Of a stretch of 64,000 nt of DNA, positions 24,385-38,170 are shown one piece after another. The notes beneath the pieces are model-generated. The model saw only the letters and a list, made by a program, of their open reading frames with translations, ran no database searches and was not told where the DNA came from. The DNA is from Vicugna vicugna. Lineage: Eukaryota. Positions within the stretch are counted from its first letter, which is position 1; every line of letters starts with the position of its first letter. Made by a program: the position numbers and the translations under genes. The stretch spans positions 3,286,001 through 3,350,000 of the forward strand of contig MU058213.1 in NCBI GenBank assembly GCA_013265495.1, written 5' to 3'.

Positions 24385-25497
24385 TGAGTACTAGATTTTA
24401 ACTCCAACACAGTGCTGCAAACTTTTAAGACTTGAGAAAACTTCTTTATGTCTTTTTGCCCCAATCTCTGCTTATATAAAATTACTTTTTACAAACACTT
24501 AGTAAAAACCTTAATATTTATAAAGTAACTATTATTTATTACTGTTGATTACAATTTATGCAGAAATGGTATCTTTTTAAATTTACATGTTCTCCTGCAG
24601 GTCTGAAGATTGTCACAGTAACGTAACAATTAATGATGACAAATTTACAACAGTACTTCTGCAAGATTTGGGCATCAGTAAAACTAAGCCAGTTTCATAT
24701 ATAAAAAATGTTAGAACTCTTTCATTAACAAAATATGTTTTCTGAGTATGTTTCTAGGTACAAGTACCAAACACATATAGAATAAACTCTGAAAAACCTG
24801 TGCTAATGGAGAGTCTAGTGATGAACATTACCTAAAAATGATGTGTATTTGACTTTGTTTTTTAAATTTAGTAAAAACCTGAAGAAAATAAATGAAAGCA
24901 AAAGCCAAAATATAAAAGGTTAGAAACAGCCAAGTTCACTGAATGCTGAGAATTCAGCTGAAGTCAAACCACAGGCGAAACTGCCTGACAAGAGTTTACA
25001 GAGAACTAATCCCTAGTTACTACTTTTGTTTTAACCCCTGTCTGGAGAATCCCAACCATGTGCCCTGTGGTGGTGAGGGTAGAGCTCTCAAGCGACTCAG
25101 GCATTTCAGGCTACTTAAATATGAAAACATTCCAGACAGTAAGGAATCCTCTCAACCAGCAGATACATCAGATTAAGTGTGCCATTTTTTTCAAAAAGAA
25201 AAAAAAAGTCAAAGGATATACTTTGTGATTCTCAAAATACCACGGAAATGAGGAAAACTAGGTCCTCATTTAAGAATATGCTGCTGGCGCAGTAATTTTT
25301 TTCAAATGGCAAGAGAATAATCCTTTCCAAAGTGAGCATATCTCTACAGCTCTAAGAACTCAAGTAATAATATGTTCATTTTAAATTGAAATCAAGCACT
25401 CTAAAAGGCGCCTGATTTCAATTTGCTCCTGTAGTTTCTGTAATTTAAATTTCTTTTTCTTTTAACCATTGCAGCATCTCTAGCAGCGGAAACACAC

Positions 25498-25618
25498 CTG
25501 GCTTTACTTCGGTATATGAGGATGAGAACACAGATGAGGATGCAGGTCAAGGCTATGCCGACACCCACAGCAATGCCGGTCATTGATTTTTGGTCCAGAT
25601 GGTAATAGCCTGAATAAA
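25498..25618 (-). CDS. PRTG: PRTG exon 17 (transmembrane): (V)[39 protein letters not shown](R)
   Basis: ccccttctag|TT...AG|gtgtgt; 121 nt, phase 1/2. Hydrophobic TM segment followed by basic residues. Confidence 0.95.
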
Positions 25619-26009
25619 CTAGAAGGGGAAACACATGTACTCAGAGTCAGTCAGAAAAATAAAGGATTCCATTTTATCATAATTCTCAGGTATTAGCTTT
25701 TCAGTAATTTTTCTTCCTCTTACAGGAAACCTTTTGACAGTATCTGTGTCTAAGCAGAAAAGACAGATTACTCTTTGATCAGTAATCTTAAAATTGGTTT
25801 ATCTTCTCATATCGAAGGCTCTAAATATGAGTTCTAGATATTATATTACTATGTCAAACACGAACATCAGTTCACAATGTATAAGGCTAAAAGGTGCAAA
25901 GCACAGATGTTCACTGATGGACCAAAGGATAGCTTTCCTGGCATATTACCCTAAAAGTAGATCTGTAACTGCAGATTAGTTTTCCATTTATGTATTTTCA
26001 TTTACATAG

Positions 26010-26142
26010 CAGTGCTTCTCAACCTTCAATGTGCATAAGAGTCACTAGAGGATTTGCTACATCTGGGTCCCTGATTCTGCACATCTAGTAAGCTCTCAGG
26101 TGATAATTCACACTGCTGGTCCCTTGACACTTTGACTAGCAA
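26010..26142. mobile_element. MER5A-like hAT MITE
   Basis: 'cagtgcttctcaacctt...gctctcaggtgat...gctggtcc...acactttgactagca'. Confidence 0.55.
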
Positions 26143-26987
26143 CGTATTGCTCTCAGCTTCCCCTGATGACACTGTATCTACTGTGGCTACCTTCTTCCTG
26201 TGCTTAAATCCGACTGTCCTGCCGTGTTCTGTTTCTCTCCCTCCTTCCCAGTTCTACCCTCACTGCCCCCCCGCAAACACACACAATACTGAATGACTAT
26301 TCTCTGGGGAATTAAGAGCCCTTAATCCCATCCCGAGTTCAGCTGGCATCTCCTGCCTTTAAAGCTGTCCCCGTCACACCCTCATCCCCATACAGGCCAC
26401 CTCCCCCAGAGGAGGAAAAGGAGGCGTCTAGTCCTGTATCACAGGGGACCCCCGGTTTCTTGAGAACAGAAGGACGATACCCTGAGTGGAGTGAGAGTGG
26501 CTCGTTAAAGGTATTCTTTCCAATTGCTTTCTGAAGAGAAACAACTTTCTCTCTGGAAAAGCTTTCTTTTTTCTTTTCTTTTTTTCTTTTGTGGTGAACA
26601 CTTAATGAAAACCATGTTCTCCTTAGCTTGAACACCACAACTACCACTGCTATTTATTTCCACGAAACCTCCCAGGATGCCTACTCCCACCAGTTCACGG
26701 GTGGTGTGGCTCCTCTGTCTTGGTGGCTGCACAGCTGGGAAAAGAAGACTGGGACACAGTGGTCTGAAAACTGCAGTTAATTTTGAGCTGAAGCCTATCT
26801 CCTAGGAGTGCAGAGCGAGCCACGCAGCTCCACAGCCCCAGAACCTCACCAGCAACAATTCAAGGAGCCGAGACCAGGTGTGGGGACATGGCCATGGTAG
26901 GAGTGGAAACAAAGCATGGGGAGCTGGAAAACAGCACGTGTACTTTCTTTCCCTGAGGAAAATCAGTGACTACGGCAGCATACCGAC

Positions 26988-27170
26988 CTTTGGCATCAGC
27001 AGGATCTAAACGCTTGGGCCTCTGATTTGATTCTGGGGTTTCCTTTGGAAGCACTGCCAGCTCCACGGAGTTTGAAAAGGGTCCTTCTCCCACTTCATTG
27101 GATGCAGATATCTTGACAATGTATATATTTCCTGCCACCAGGTTTTCTAGCAAAGCCATGGTTATTGCCC
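26988..27170 (-). CDS. PRTG: PRTG exon 16 (end of last FNIII domain + stalk): (G)[60 protein letters not shown]
   Basis: tttatag|GG...AAA G|gtcggt; 183 nt, phase 1/1; FNIII signature L-x(4)-Y...A-x-N-x-x-G-x-G. Confidence 0.95.
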
Positions 27171-29479
27171 CTATAAATATATCAATTACAAATTAAGCAA
27201 ACTTTATCTTTTATTCATTCTTTCAATCACACAAACATGGTCTTATTTTTATGATTCTAAAAGTAATACATTTATTGTAGAATGTTTGTAAAATAAAGAT
27301 AAGTATGAATAAAATGACAATTTCCTATTGTTAACATTTTGGTGTATTTGTGTGTGTACAATACACGTATGAGTACATATTTACCACAACCATTCTTATA
27401 TCCTAGAATTTTAATTTAACATTACACCATGCACACTGCCCCTATAAATATATAATTCTTCCTTGTAATTTTGTATTAAGAGTAGCTTGTAAAAGCAGTA
27501 TGTATTTTTGTTTGGATTATTTTTTTAACCAAAAAACTATAAACATATATATAATGTTTCACTCTTTATATAGGTATGGATACAAACAGCATTGAAAACA
27601 TTTTATTATGGAATATTTCAAACATAGGTAAAGAGAAAATGACATAATGAACTCAGATTCAACAATTATAATTAGATTTTAAAAATCCAATGTGAAAGTC
27701 CTTTTTTTTTCTTTTAGGAATGTTTAAACTACTTATGGTAATTGCGATAGACAAATTACAAACAACACAATCACTTCTGAAAGTATGAATGTATTTTCAA
27801 CCTCCTAATCATTATCTAAGAGTTCTTGGATGTAAACAGGCAAGAAAATGCCAGAGTTGTGTCGGAACTTCAGAATGCTAGAGATCTAGATCTCAGATTG
27901 ACTAATAAAATTAGCACCAACAATCTGGCTGGCGTCTACTTCTCTCTAAAAGTCACCATCATTTGAATGGATAGACATTTGGTATTGAAAGGTATCTTCT
28001 CTGATGGCATGACTGCTAAGGAGTCACATTTGGGCACTGCTATTTCTCGAGGGGTCTTTCTGCACTCGTTCCACCATGGCACTGAAGTGTTTTTTCTTAC
28101 AAAAGGACTCACACCTTAGTAGCTAGTCCTAATGTTAAGAGAGCAGGTGTAACAGAAATTCAGCCAGGAAGTTGTCCCTGCACTGCATCTGTGGGTGGAT
28201 GTTCATAGGGAAACTGAGCTTCCCTGCGGTGATTTCTTCTCATTTTTTCCTGACGCAGGGCATCCTTAACAGTCGTTTCAGAGCACTTGCAATAGCTTGT
28301 AGCTGTCACCTCCAGCCCAGAGCCGGCTCTTCTAGTGCACCTGCTACAGTATATTTCATTACGCAAGTGAAGTGTCGGGTGATCTGAGAGCTGAGGTCAT
28401 GATTCAGAGGCCACATCTGTGGGTCACATGGTGGGAGGCAGCCAAACCGAGCAGCAGTGCAAGGAGCTGAACACTGTTTTCATGTGCTCTGGTTTCAGCT
28501 TGGCCTGGACAGAGTGTGAGCTACTTGAGTCACAAGTGTTAAGTAAACAAACTGACCCCTATTTAGAATCAGGAAGAATCTTTCCACTCCTATGTGTCCT
28601 TAGGCATGTGAAATAAAAAGCAACGATGTACTATGACATGTTACAATTAGCTAGAAGGAATAACATTTTGATTTCTTCACAAATAGACAAATTGCCTTTC
28701 CATTTTATTATAGAATACTTTATATTTAATTTTAGAAAATGCTTGGCAAAGCCAATCACCACCTGAAATTAAAATTATTTCACTTAATTTAAAATTAACA
28801 AGCAGATGAGCTGTGTGTGTGTATGTACATGCATGCTCCCCTTCCTCCCACAGAGAGAAAAAAAGCTAACTATTACATTCTCATTCTGCACATTTAAAGC
28901 ATTTCCCAAACAGTAAAGTGATCAATCCCTATAGTCTCTCAGCAAACTGTCTCAGTCCTAGTCACTGTGATTATTTCAGTCCACAGCATTTTATATGTGT
29001 CTGAATCTTTGGCTAGACTATAGGAGTTTCACAAACCAGACAGTGTAACAGGCTCAGTGTTGGACCAATGTTGACCAAATTCTGGTGTGTTACCAACTGA
29101 GTAATTTGCAACCTGGGGCACATCACTGAACTTCCCTTCCCTCGCGGGGGCCATATCCTCACCTCACAGAATTGTAACAAGGATTAAATAAACTACCATG
29201 GGCAAGTGTCTGACACAAGAGAATAGACTCAATGAAAGTAAGCCTCTTTCCTCACTTCTGATCTCCCCATCTCCCTTTCTGGAGGACCGAAAATTTTCTT
29301 TTTCACATTTGAACAGCTTAAGGTGGCTAGCATAACACTTTGTACAAGATGATCCTCAGTAAATACCAGCTGAACATATATTAAAATATGAGCCATTTGT
29401 TACCAAAAGAGTGTTCATTTAATACAGAAAAGAAAAGGGTAAGATTTTGAGGTTGGAGGAACACCCCAGAAGGCAGTCT

Positions 29480-30410
29480 CACACCCTTCTCTCTTCTGTC
29501 CACTCTCTCTAACGTGATTTTCTTCCAGTTCCACCATCTTAAATGTCACCTGCACACTGATGACTTCTAAGTTACACCACTGGTCCCCTCTCCCAGGAAT
29601 TTAACCCTCCCACCGCTTACTCAACCTCTCTACCTGGACATCTAAGCGGCACCTCAAATTTCACATGTTTGAAACCAAACTTTTGACTTCCTCCACTAAT
29701 TCTGCTTCTCTTTTTCCATATATTCCACATCAATCTGTGACAAATCAATAGGATGTTCTTTCAGATTACTAAGTTTCTTCTTCCTTTCCTCATTATTATT
29801 CCTACCTAAACCCCCATTAACTCTCACACGGACATGTGCATATTAAATGGTCTCCCAACTTTTCTACTCTTACCTCCTTATAATCACCTTTTCAGGGAGG
29901 CTGTTAGGCGCTGCCAGAGCAATCCTTTACAAATGTAAACCTGATCAAAAGTCCACAAGGGCTTCCATCTCTCCGAGAATAAAATCTGTGGTCCACATGG
30001 CCTGGCCTACAAGATCTTCCCCTGGTTACCTTCCCACCTCATTTCCCACCCTTTCACTCTTCCCCTCACTCTAGCCTGTCTGGCCTTCTTCGTGCTCTTC
30101 TAAAACGCCAAGCACACTTCTGTCTCAGGGCCCGTGCACTTCCCCCAGATATCCATACGGCTCTGCTCAGATGTCGTCTATTCCAAAAGAACTTGGCTCA
30201 CTGACTGCACCACTTTGTTCTTTCCCCTACTGCAGCTTTCTTCATAGCACTAGGACACTGCCTGAACATTTACATACTTGTTTGTTACCTGAGATGTAAG
30301 CTCCAATGAGAAATCGACATGGTTTTGTTCCCTGTGGTATTGCCAATGCCCAGAAAAGAGCCTGGCACATAGCAATCACTCAATAAGGAGCCATTTAATA
30401 AATCAATATG
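29480..30410. mobile_element. L2 fragment
   Basis: 'ctctacctggacatctaagcggcacctcaaatt', 'gagatgtaagctcc', 'cctggcacatagcaatcactcaataa'. Confidence 0.6.
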
Positions 30411-33189
30411 TTCTTACTATCAGTAATCCAAGGCATTTGGCAAATGTTAAGTTAAGTGAGTTCCTTTACTCAAAGACTTAATTTTCCAATATGAATCTCT
30501 AATAGGAGGAAATGGCATATGGTGTTTCTCAAATTTATTTTGTTACGGAACTTTTTTTTTTGAAGGAGGGCACATTTATGTTCTTGGGAAAATAACACCA
30601 AGAGGGACAGAAATTGCTGTAGTAGAGAGTGCTTTCTTACAGCACACCCTGTAGATTTAAAAATAACTGAGTACTTTGTGCTGATTTATATCATATCAGG
30701 AAGGTAAAGGATGTAATTTCTGATCCACTTTCAATTATGATTTCATGTCACACTTCTGCTAAACTATTTATCCATGTCCCATTTTAGCCACAAATACACG
30801 GTTACCAGGAACATCTTAAAAATGTTTTAACTAATGCAAACAATTCTGTTCCATGTGGCAGTAAATATGTAAATTAATTATATACATAAGTGTATAAGCA
30901 TACTATGTATAGAAGATTAATAGATATATATGAAAGAGATATTGATATTCCTCCTCCTTTGCCCTCTATATTTTTCTACACCATTACCTTTCCAAAAGTT
31001 GCCATAATAAAGTTTTTTTCTTTAAATGTCATGCTGTATTCTCTGCTTTTTGTTTAGAAGTGGGTAACTCAAACTTTTTATATTTTTCTCTCTGAACAAA
31101 ATAAACACAATTGCTTCTTACGTTGTTTCTTTTGTTCTCTATGAATTACTAGCATTAGCTATGAAAAAGGTTCCCTACATTTAATAAAAGACAAAAGCTT
31201 TTCCCTGATAATATTTCTTAAAATTACACAAGCGGCATAAAGGCAAAAATAGATTTTTTTTCCCTCATGCACTCTTACATAGTTAGAAAGGCTTATATAG
31301 AAGTAAAACCTGAGATTACAACCCATTTCACTACTGCACCATCAGTAAGGCAAAATTTTGTTTTCTGAGCCTTGTCTGAAATTGACAAATGAATGCGTTA
31401 AAAGGAACCAAACCAAAATACTGGTTTTTTTCTAGGTAGGTACAAATGAAGAGCTAAAGGAAGTATGTGCTCAAGTGATCAAAATTTGTTATTAGTACTT
31501 ATAAGTAACACTCCTTAAATCAGGTTAGTCACTTGGCCAAACGTTGTGTCAATACATAATTTTGGAATTAATCAGTGAAAACTGAATTATATATTTTAAG
31601 AATATCGGGGTAGACCGTAAGACGAAAAGCCCTGCATAAACCGTGCCTCCATCTCTCCACACCTGTGGGCACTCCCTTCCCACACTGACGGCTGGGCTTG
31701 TCTACATGATTTGCTCTGCCAGGGGGGTTGTTAGCAAATGTGATACAGGCAGAGGCTTGCAAGCTCCGTACCTGGGGTTTCCTCCCTGTCTTCCTTATGC
31801 TGGAATTGTCTCGTTGTTTGTAAGCTACCCACGACCAGCTGAAACCCTGAGATGATTAGAGCCTCATGAGTGACCTGAGGAGAGACCAACAGAACTGCCT
31901 GGCTGATCCCAGTCCAAATTGTTGACTCACAGAATTGTGCGAAAATACAATGGCTGAATTTTAGAGTGGTTTGTTAGGGCAGTGATGGACAATGGGTAAA
32001 ATGAAAAACTGTATTAGTAGCAAGCACGTATTACTTTCCAGGCTCTTCAGTGACTAGGAAATCATTACTTAGCGGGGCATTTGCTTAGTGAAAAATATGA
32101 ATACATAACTATCAAAATGCCAGCTACAGTTACTGTGTACTTTATAGTCACAAAAAGCGTTATATATTCATTACATCCAGGTAAGTGGCCTTGAAGTACA
32201 TTCTTTTAATTGGGTAAATATTCCGCATTAAAGGTAAAGTGGAAGTGGAAGTGCCTGGTACTGTAACGTGGTTAGAATATGCAGACTGCCAACAAATTTC
32301 CTTCTCAAAATCATGCTTAAGTTTTTAATTGCTTGGAAAACTGTTCTTTTCCCAGCATGCGTGTCTGAATTTAGAAAGTGCCAAAATAATGAAATTATTC
32401 TATTCATGTGATGGCCCATCTAAAAACTGGCATCTGGGACTTGTCCAAATGAAAGACTCAAAAATTTTAAAAGGGCATTCTGATAAAAGCATGAAATAAG
32501 AATGGTGAGTTCTACAATTCAGTTTCTCTCAGCCAAAACAAAATTGGTGTAAAAAATTTAGATTTAGCGTTCTTAAGCCCTAATCAGCTTCCCCCAGTAC
32601 TTAGGTGGACCGTGACATCCACATGGGTCAATTCATTTGCATGTGGACCATTTCTGTAGCCGTACAAAGGTCTTCTCCTTTAAATCAGGTCTTCTTCCGG
32701 CGTCGGCTACTCCAGCGCAAGACACACAACCCCTGGAAATCTACTACTCACCTGTAGCAATTCTCCCTCTCTGACCCCTTCTCCTTCCCTCCTTTAGCTA
32801 CCGAGTCCTGTTAATTTCACCTCCTTGATCTCTTTCAACCACCCTCTCCTTTCTACCTCAATCCTTGCCACCATCATCCAGGCTTCTCATCTCTTTCCTA
32901 GATCACAATTCCTTCCTGGTCTCCTTGTATCATGCTTGCCCCTAGTCCTCCTCTACCAAACCTCTTCTCTTCACAATACTCAGAGTGATCTTTCTGAAAT
33001 GCAAATCATGCTCATGCTTGCAGTATGTGGATGGCTTCCCAATGGCCTTTGAACAAAACCCAAATCCTTAATTGGTTACTTCATAATTATACCTTCAAAA
33101 CAAACTCTAGATCCCTCTCTTTCCCTTTGTTTCCTTATCACTGATCATCTTACTTCTTGTCCCCTTTGGTAATTTATGATCCTATTTAC

Positions 33190-33360
33190 CTTCGCGGTGT
33201 AGGACCTGCCACTCTCCTGCAATCCAGGCCTTCCTGGATGCGTACAAGATAGTGTAGCGCGTCACAACCGTCTCCGGGCCGTCAGGAGGTTTCCAAGACA
33301 CCAGAGCAGTGTCATCCTCTATCAGCGTCACTTTTACTCCAACCGGTGGGCCTGCCGGTG
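33190..33360 (-). CDS. PRTG: PRTG exon 15 (FNIII): (A)[56 protein letters not shown]
   Basis: gtgcacag|CA...GAA G|gtaaat; 171 nt, phase 1/1. Confidence 0.95.
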
Positions 33361-34619
33361 CTGTGCACACACGTGGAAAATACTGTGTTATTAGGAGATA
33401 ATGGTCATAAAGACTCAAATACCTGGCTAACGGACTGATAGGCGGGCATAGAAAAGAGTTTGAAAAACTAGAAACCACTATAAAAACATCTCAAAATCAC
33501 AGCTTTCATAGCTCACTGGTGATAACAGCAGATTATGATTTTTTTCTTCTTTACCTGAAAGCCTAATGTTTAAAACGCTAAAAAAAAAAAAAAAGCAAAG
33601 GAGATGGTAGATTCCCAGACGAGGAATTACTAAGTTGCAGGTTGTCAGCATTTTTAGGGCTCTTCATACTGTTTTGCCACACTGACGACTAGAAAGGTGT
33701 ACAGTTCCACCAGGAGCACCTGCCTGTTAGGCATCCTATTAGGTATAGAATCCACTCTGTGTTTCTTACTAAAATGCACAGAATGTAAACTTAATCTGCT
33801 CTAGGAAACCAGTGAAGAAAATACTAATGAGACCAAAATATTTACTTCTTCTCCAAAAAGTTGTGAATCAGTGAGCTTATAAGACAGACTTTAGACTAAT
33901 AACTTTTATCTATGAAAAGGTAGTGAAGTCTAGGGATTTTAGCTGACCCCATGTTCAATATGCTAAAAGTGTGAGGAACTTGTTTTGGGTGTCATACTGC
34001 ATATGGAGTACTGCCTAAACCTTAGCAAAACAGCCCAGTGCTCACTGAAATAAACGCCCTCTGCCTTCTCTCGGCATCATTAAAATAGAGCTGCAATGGT
34101 CCTTACAGATGGATCATGTAGACCTCACTGTAGAGAAAAGGAAAAGCAGGTTGAGACATGGAATACTGTATCAAGTGCTGTAGGTAAGCCTCAAAACTGG
34201 TGCTCGTCTCCACTGCACTACGCACAGCACCAAGCTAGGAGCTCACATTAGGTTCTAATGCGGGCTCCTAACATCATTAAATACATTATTCACTTATTTC
34301 CATTTTAAATTATTTCGGTGCAGCCTTGCACGGCACACCTGATTTTAGAACATGCAGCATTCCCTAAAGAGACACTAAATTTAAGCCCACCTGCTTATGC
34401 AATACATTGAGAGGGAAAATGTTTTTACTACAATAAAGGAACAGAAATTTCAAAAGTTAAGAAACTAAAGAAAACAAATACATACACTTCAACAGGTAGG
34501 TAGCAACCATGGCAGTATCTTCTTCAAAGTGACACACACACACGCGCACACACACATATATTATATATGTATATACTTTAACATGTAGATAAAACCCATA
34601 GGGGAGCTGCTTTCTTTAC

Positions 34620-34747
34620 CTTCTGGAAGCGTGGAGTGGTAGACAACCGGGCTCCAGGGACTGGAAAGCTGATCCACGTGCAGTCGAACAGCAAATTCGT
34701 ATTTGGTGTTTGGTTCTAGACCTTGAACCAACATGTGAGTTTCTGAT
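34620..34747 (-). CDS. PRTG: PRTG exon 14 (FNIII): (T)[42 protein letters not shown]
   Basis: tcatag|A...GAA G|gtaaag; 128 nt, phase 2/1; [13 protein letters not shown] motif. Not in the ORF track. Confidence 0.95.
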
Positions 34748-35591
34748 CTATGATAATGAGGAATGAAGTTGTTAATGCTGGTAGCACATGGTTTCTAAAA
34801 GATGGTCAGTATTTCCAATCAATACAGTTAGGGCACACTATTATTATTCACTACCTCCTCATTTTCTTAAGAAAATGTTTTTAAATTAAAAGAGCAATCT
34901 AATTTGACTATTAAAATGCTACATTTGGTCTTGACTGTGGTAGTGGTTTCATTGGTGTATACACCTATCAAAAATTAATCAAATTGTACATTTTAAGTAT
35001 GTGTGATTTACTTCACAGGAAATCATACCACAATAAAGGTGTTTGTTTGTTTAAATAAATAAATAAATAAATAAATATTACATTTGGTGTTATAGAAATA
35101 AGCCTAAAAACTGCTTTGAGAGGAAACTGGGAAATTAACAGGACAGAAATGTCCCAATACAAAAGGACTTCCTGTGAAATACCGGAAGTCAAACCAGTCT
35201 TTTAAAGCATAATGATGGCTATCTTTCTAACTATGATCTAGAAAACAGAATAATGAGCTTCATTTTTTGATGGCAGCATGAAAATGGTCTTGTTTCTTTC
35301 CTTAAACATGCTAAGTTTAGCTACTTGAAATGAGTAATAGCTTCTTGCCTAATCTTGCTCCATGAGGCTGGGGAAACAACAACAAAAAATCGTTCATGGA
35401 AATTAAATTTCAAAAAATACAGGTCTCAGAACTGAATATGGTAAAGATGCACCATTCCCACCACTTTATAAGTAAGACAAGTCCTGAGACAGATGCTTCC
35501 CGCTGGAGCTCAAGCTGGCCCAAGATGGTAAAGAAGGAAGAGCGAGTTGGGAGGAGAGCGAAGAAAACAACCATTAATAGAAGCTACATAC

Positions 35592-35778
35592 GTTTGAAGG
35601 TACAGAACCAAAGAAGCATTCTGCAGGCCAACAGGGTTACAGCGGACGGTGTAGTTAATTATTTGTGCCGTGGTGAACGCAGGCCTCCTCCAGTGCAGGA
35701 ATATGGAAGATGAGGTGTTAGCCTTCGCATAGAGGTGGTGGGGTGGTGGTGGAGGAGGAACCATGCGATCACGGACAG
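35592..35778 (-). CDS. PRTG: PRTG exon 13 (FNIII): (S)[61 protein letters not shown](T)
   Basis: tttcaatag|CT...AC|gtatgt; 187 nt, phase 1/2. Confidence 0.95.
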
Positions 35779-36447
35779 CTATTGAAAAAGACAATGTTAA
35801 TTTACTGCATGGTGTAACGTTTAATGTAGAAGGTAGAAAAATGGTAAAATCATAATACGTCCCCTCCTCCCATAAGTTGACTTTAGGTCTTTCTTCCACC
35901 ACAGGTTCACTGTGGTTTAGCGATATATCATTTAAACCAAAACGACTCTTCCATGAGTTAGATAAGGAATTAAACATTATCAATATTTAGAATGTAAAAC
36001 AGAAGCACAGAGAAGTCAAGCTACCAGCCAGAGACATTCAGAAAGCCAGCCATAGGCTTAAAACAAGACCCACATCCTCTTTAGTAGCAATAAAACCAAA
36101 CAGCTCTTAGTAGCAATAAAACTGAACAGCAACTGGAAGGAAAGAATTAGCCTCAAGATTAAAGGAGATAAAAGAAAACTTAGTGTATGTAAGTATTCTG
36201 GGTTATTTTCCCAGTTAAATTTCTAATGGTCTTTTGCATGCAAAACAAAAATAGGTTCTTATAATTAAGTACATCTCACTGAGTACGTACTTGTTCAAAA
36301 TAGAATGTTAGGCACCTTGGAGAATATAAAGTAATAAAAACCACCAAGGTGTGCAAGTAGTAATGAGACTTAAATGTAAAGAACGAAAAGGAGAAAAAGG
36401 AGCGTGTGTCTTACATGGTGAAACAAACTACTGTAACTCTTACTTAC

Positions 36448-36543
36448 ACACGCATCCTGGAGTACTGACTGTCTGGTCCGCCTGATAGCCATCTTCTATG
36501 TTGTTGTAAGCCAGCAGCCTCACATGGTATTTTCTTCTGGGGT
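36448..36543 (-). CDS. PRTG: PRTG exon 12: (D)[31 protein letters not shown](S)
   Basis: tttatag|AC...GTG T|gtaagt; 96 nt, phase 1/1. Not in the ORF track. Confidence 0.93.
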
Positions 36544-37383
36544 CTATAAAGAAACCAAGAGGTAGTAATTAGGTCCAGCCCTCTAGTTAGGAACAAAGGT
36601 TCTAGAACAAAGGTTCTAGAATCTAGATTTGGGTTTTAAAAAACTTTCGAATGCATAAGGGCGCTAAGTAAAATGAAAACTTTCTTTCTCTTCCTGTTCT
36701 TTGCAATGATTCAGCAATTCACCTTACTATGACATGGCTACTGGGACCATCTACCAAGTATTAAAATTTTATTTTATTTAGCCTCACTTCGAACAATGAC
36801 ATTACCACCACCACTCTTCCTCCTCTTCTTCAACTGACCAGACACAGATTCTAGATTTTAAAAGTCTTGGGCTGTCTAATGGGCCCCTTACAAGGGATTA
36901 CACTACATACAAGCTCTTTGTTTAGTTATTTAAGGGTCGTTAACTTAAAAGCATGGAAATCCAACTGAGATTGTTTTCCCCCTAGAAGGTAAGAAGAATT
37001 ACAGTTGTCACTCTTGAGTACCTTTGAAAATGTTTATAACCATGTGTTATTTAAGTTTATTTCTACTTGTGCCCTCTCCACAAACCGACATGATCAAGTT
37101 GAGCTAAATTTACCGAGAAAGATGCGCTGGAGCTCCCTCTACTGGTGTCCATTAACTATCACAATATGGAAACTGAAGTCCATCCCATGCATATTAAAAC
37201 AAAAATTTTTTCATACCTTGTAGGAAATAAGTAGTCATAAATCCTAAATAATATACTTTAGAAGATATTCAAGAAGTTTAATGATATGAATACATTTAAA
37301 TATAAGTGTTTATGATAACATTTAACTATAAAGCAATACCTGATTAGGGCAAAAATAAATACTATTCAGAAACAATGTATTCC

Positions 37384-38170
37384 TTTTTTTCCAGCTTTAT
37401 TGAGGTATAGCTGACAAACAAAAGTTGCAGACATTTAAGGTATATAACTTGATGTCTGATATAGGTATATACTGTGAAATGATCACTATAATCAAAGAAA
37501 TTAACATACCCATCACTCCACAGTTACTGTTTGCATGTGGGTATGTGTGGTGAGAACATTTAAGATCTACACTCTTAGTGATTTTCAAGTATACAATACA
37601 GCATTGATAACTATACTCACCACGCTGTACATCAGATACCCAGAACTTACTCATCTTGCATAACTGAAACTTTTGTACCCTCTGACCAACATCTCCCCAT
37701 TTCTCCCACCCCCAAACCCCTGGCAACCACCATTCTACTTTCTGCTTCTATGAGTTTAACTATTTTAAATTTAAATATGAGTGAGATCATGTAGCAATTG
37801 TCTTTCTGGCTTATTTAGATCATGTAGTAACTGTCTTCCTGGCTTATTTCACTTAGCATAATTTCCTCTAGGTTCATTTATGTTGTGCAAATGGCAAGAT
37901 TTCCTTCTTTTAAAAGCTGAGTAATATTCCATTGTGTGTGTGTGTGTATATATGCATATATATGTGTATATATATGTATACATATGTCACATTTTCTTTA
38001 TCCATTCACCTGTCAAGAGGCATTTAGGCTGTTATCACAACCTGTCTATGGTGAATAATGCTGCCATGAACATGAGGGTGCAGATAACTCTTTGAGATAC
38101 TGATTTCACTTCCTTTTGGTATATACCCAGAAGTGGGACTGCTGGATCATATGGTGATTCTATCTAATTT
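37384..38170 (-). mobile_element. L1 (L1MA-like) 3' end with an internal 33-bp tandem duplication (37784-37849) and a TG/TA microsatellite
   Basis: 'ctttattgaggtatagctgacaa', 'cccctggcaaccaccattctact', 'atacccagaagtgggactgctggatcatatgg'. Confidence 0.85.

Noticed and set aside
24212..24394. ORF with (IY)n repeat
   Set aside because: Translation of the (TA)n microsatellite within an L1 fragment.
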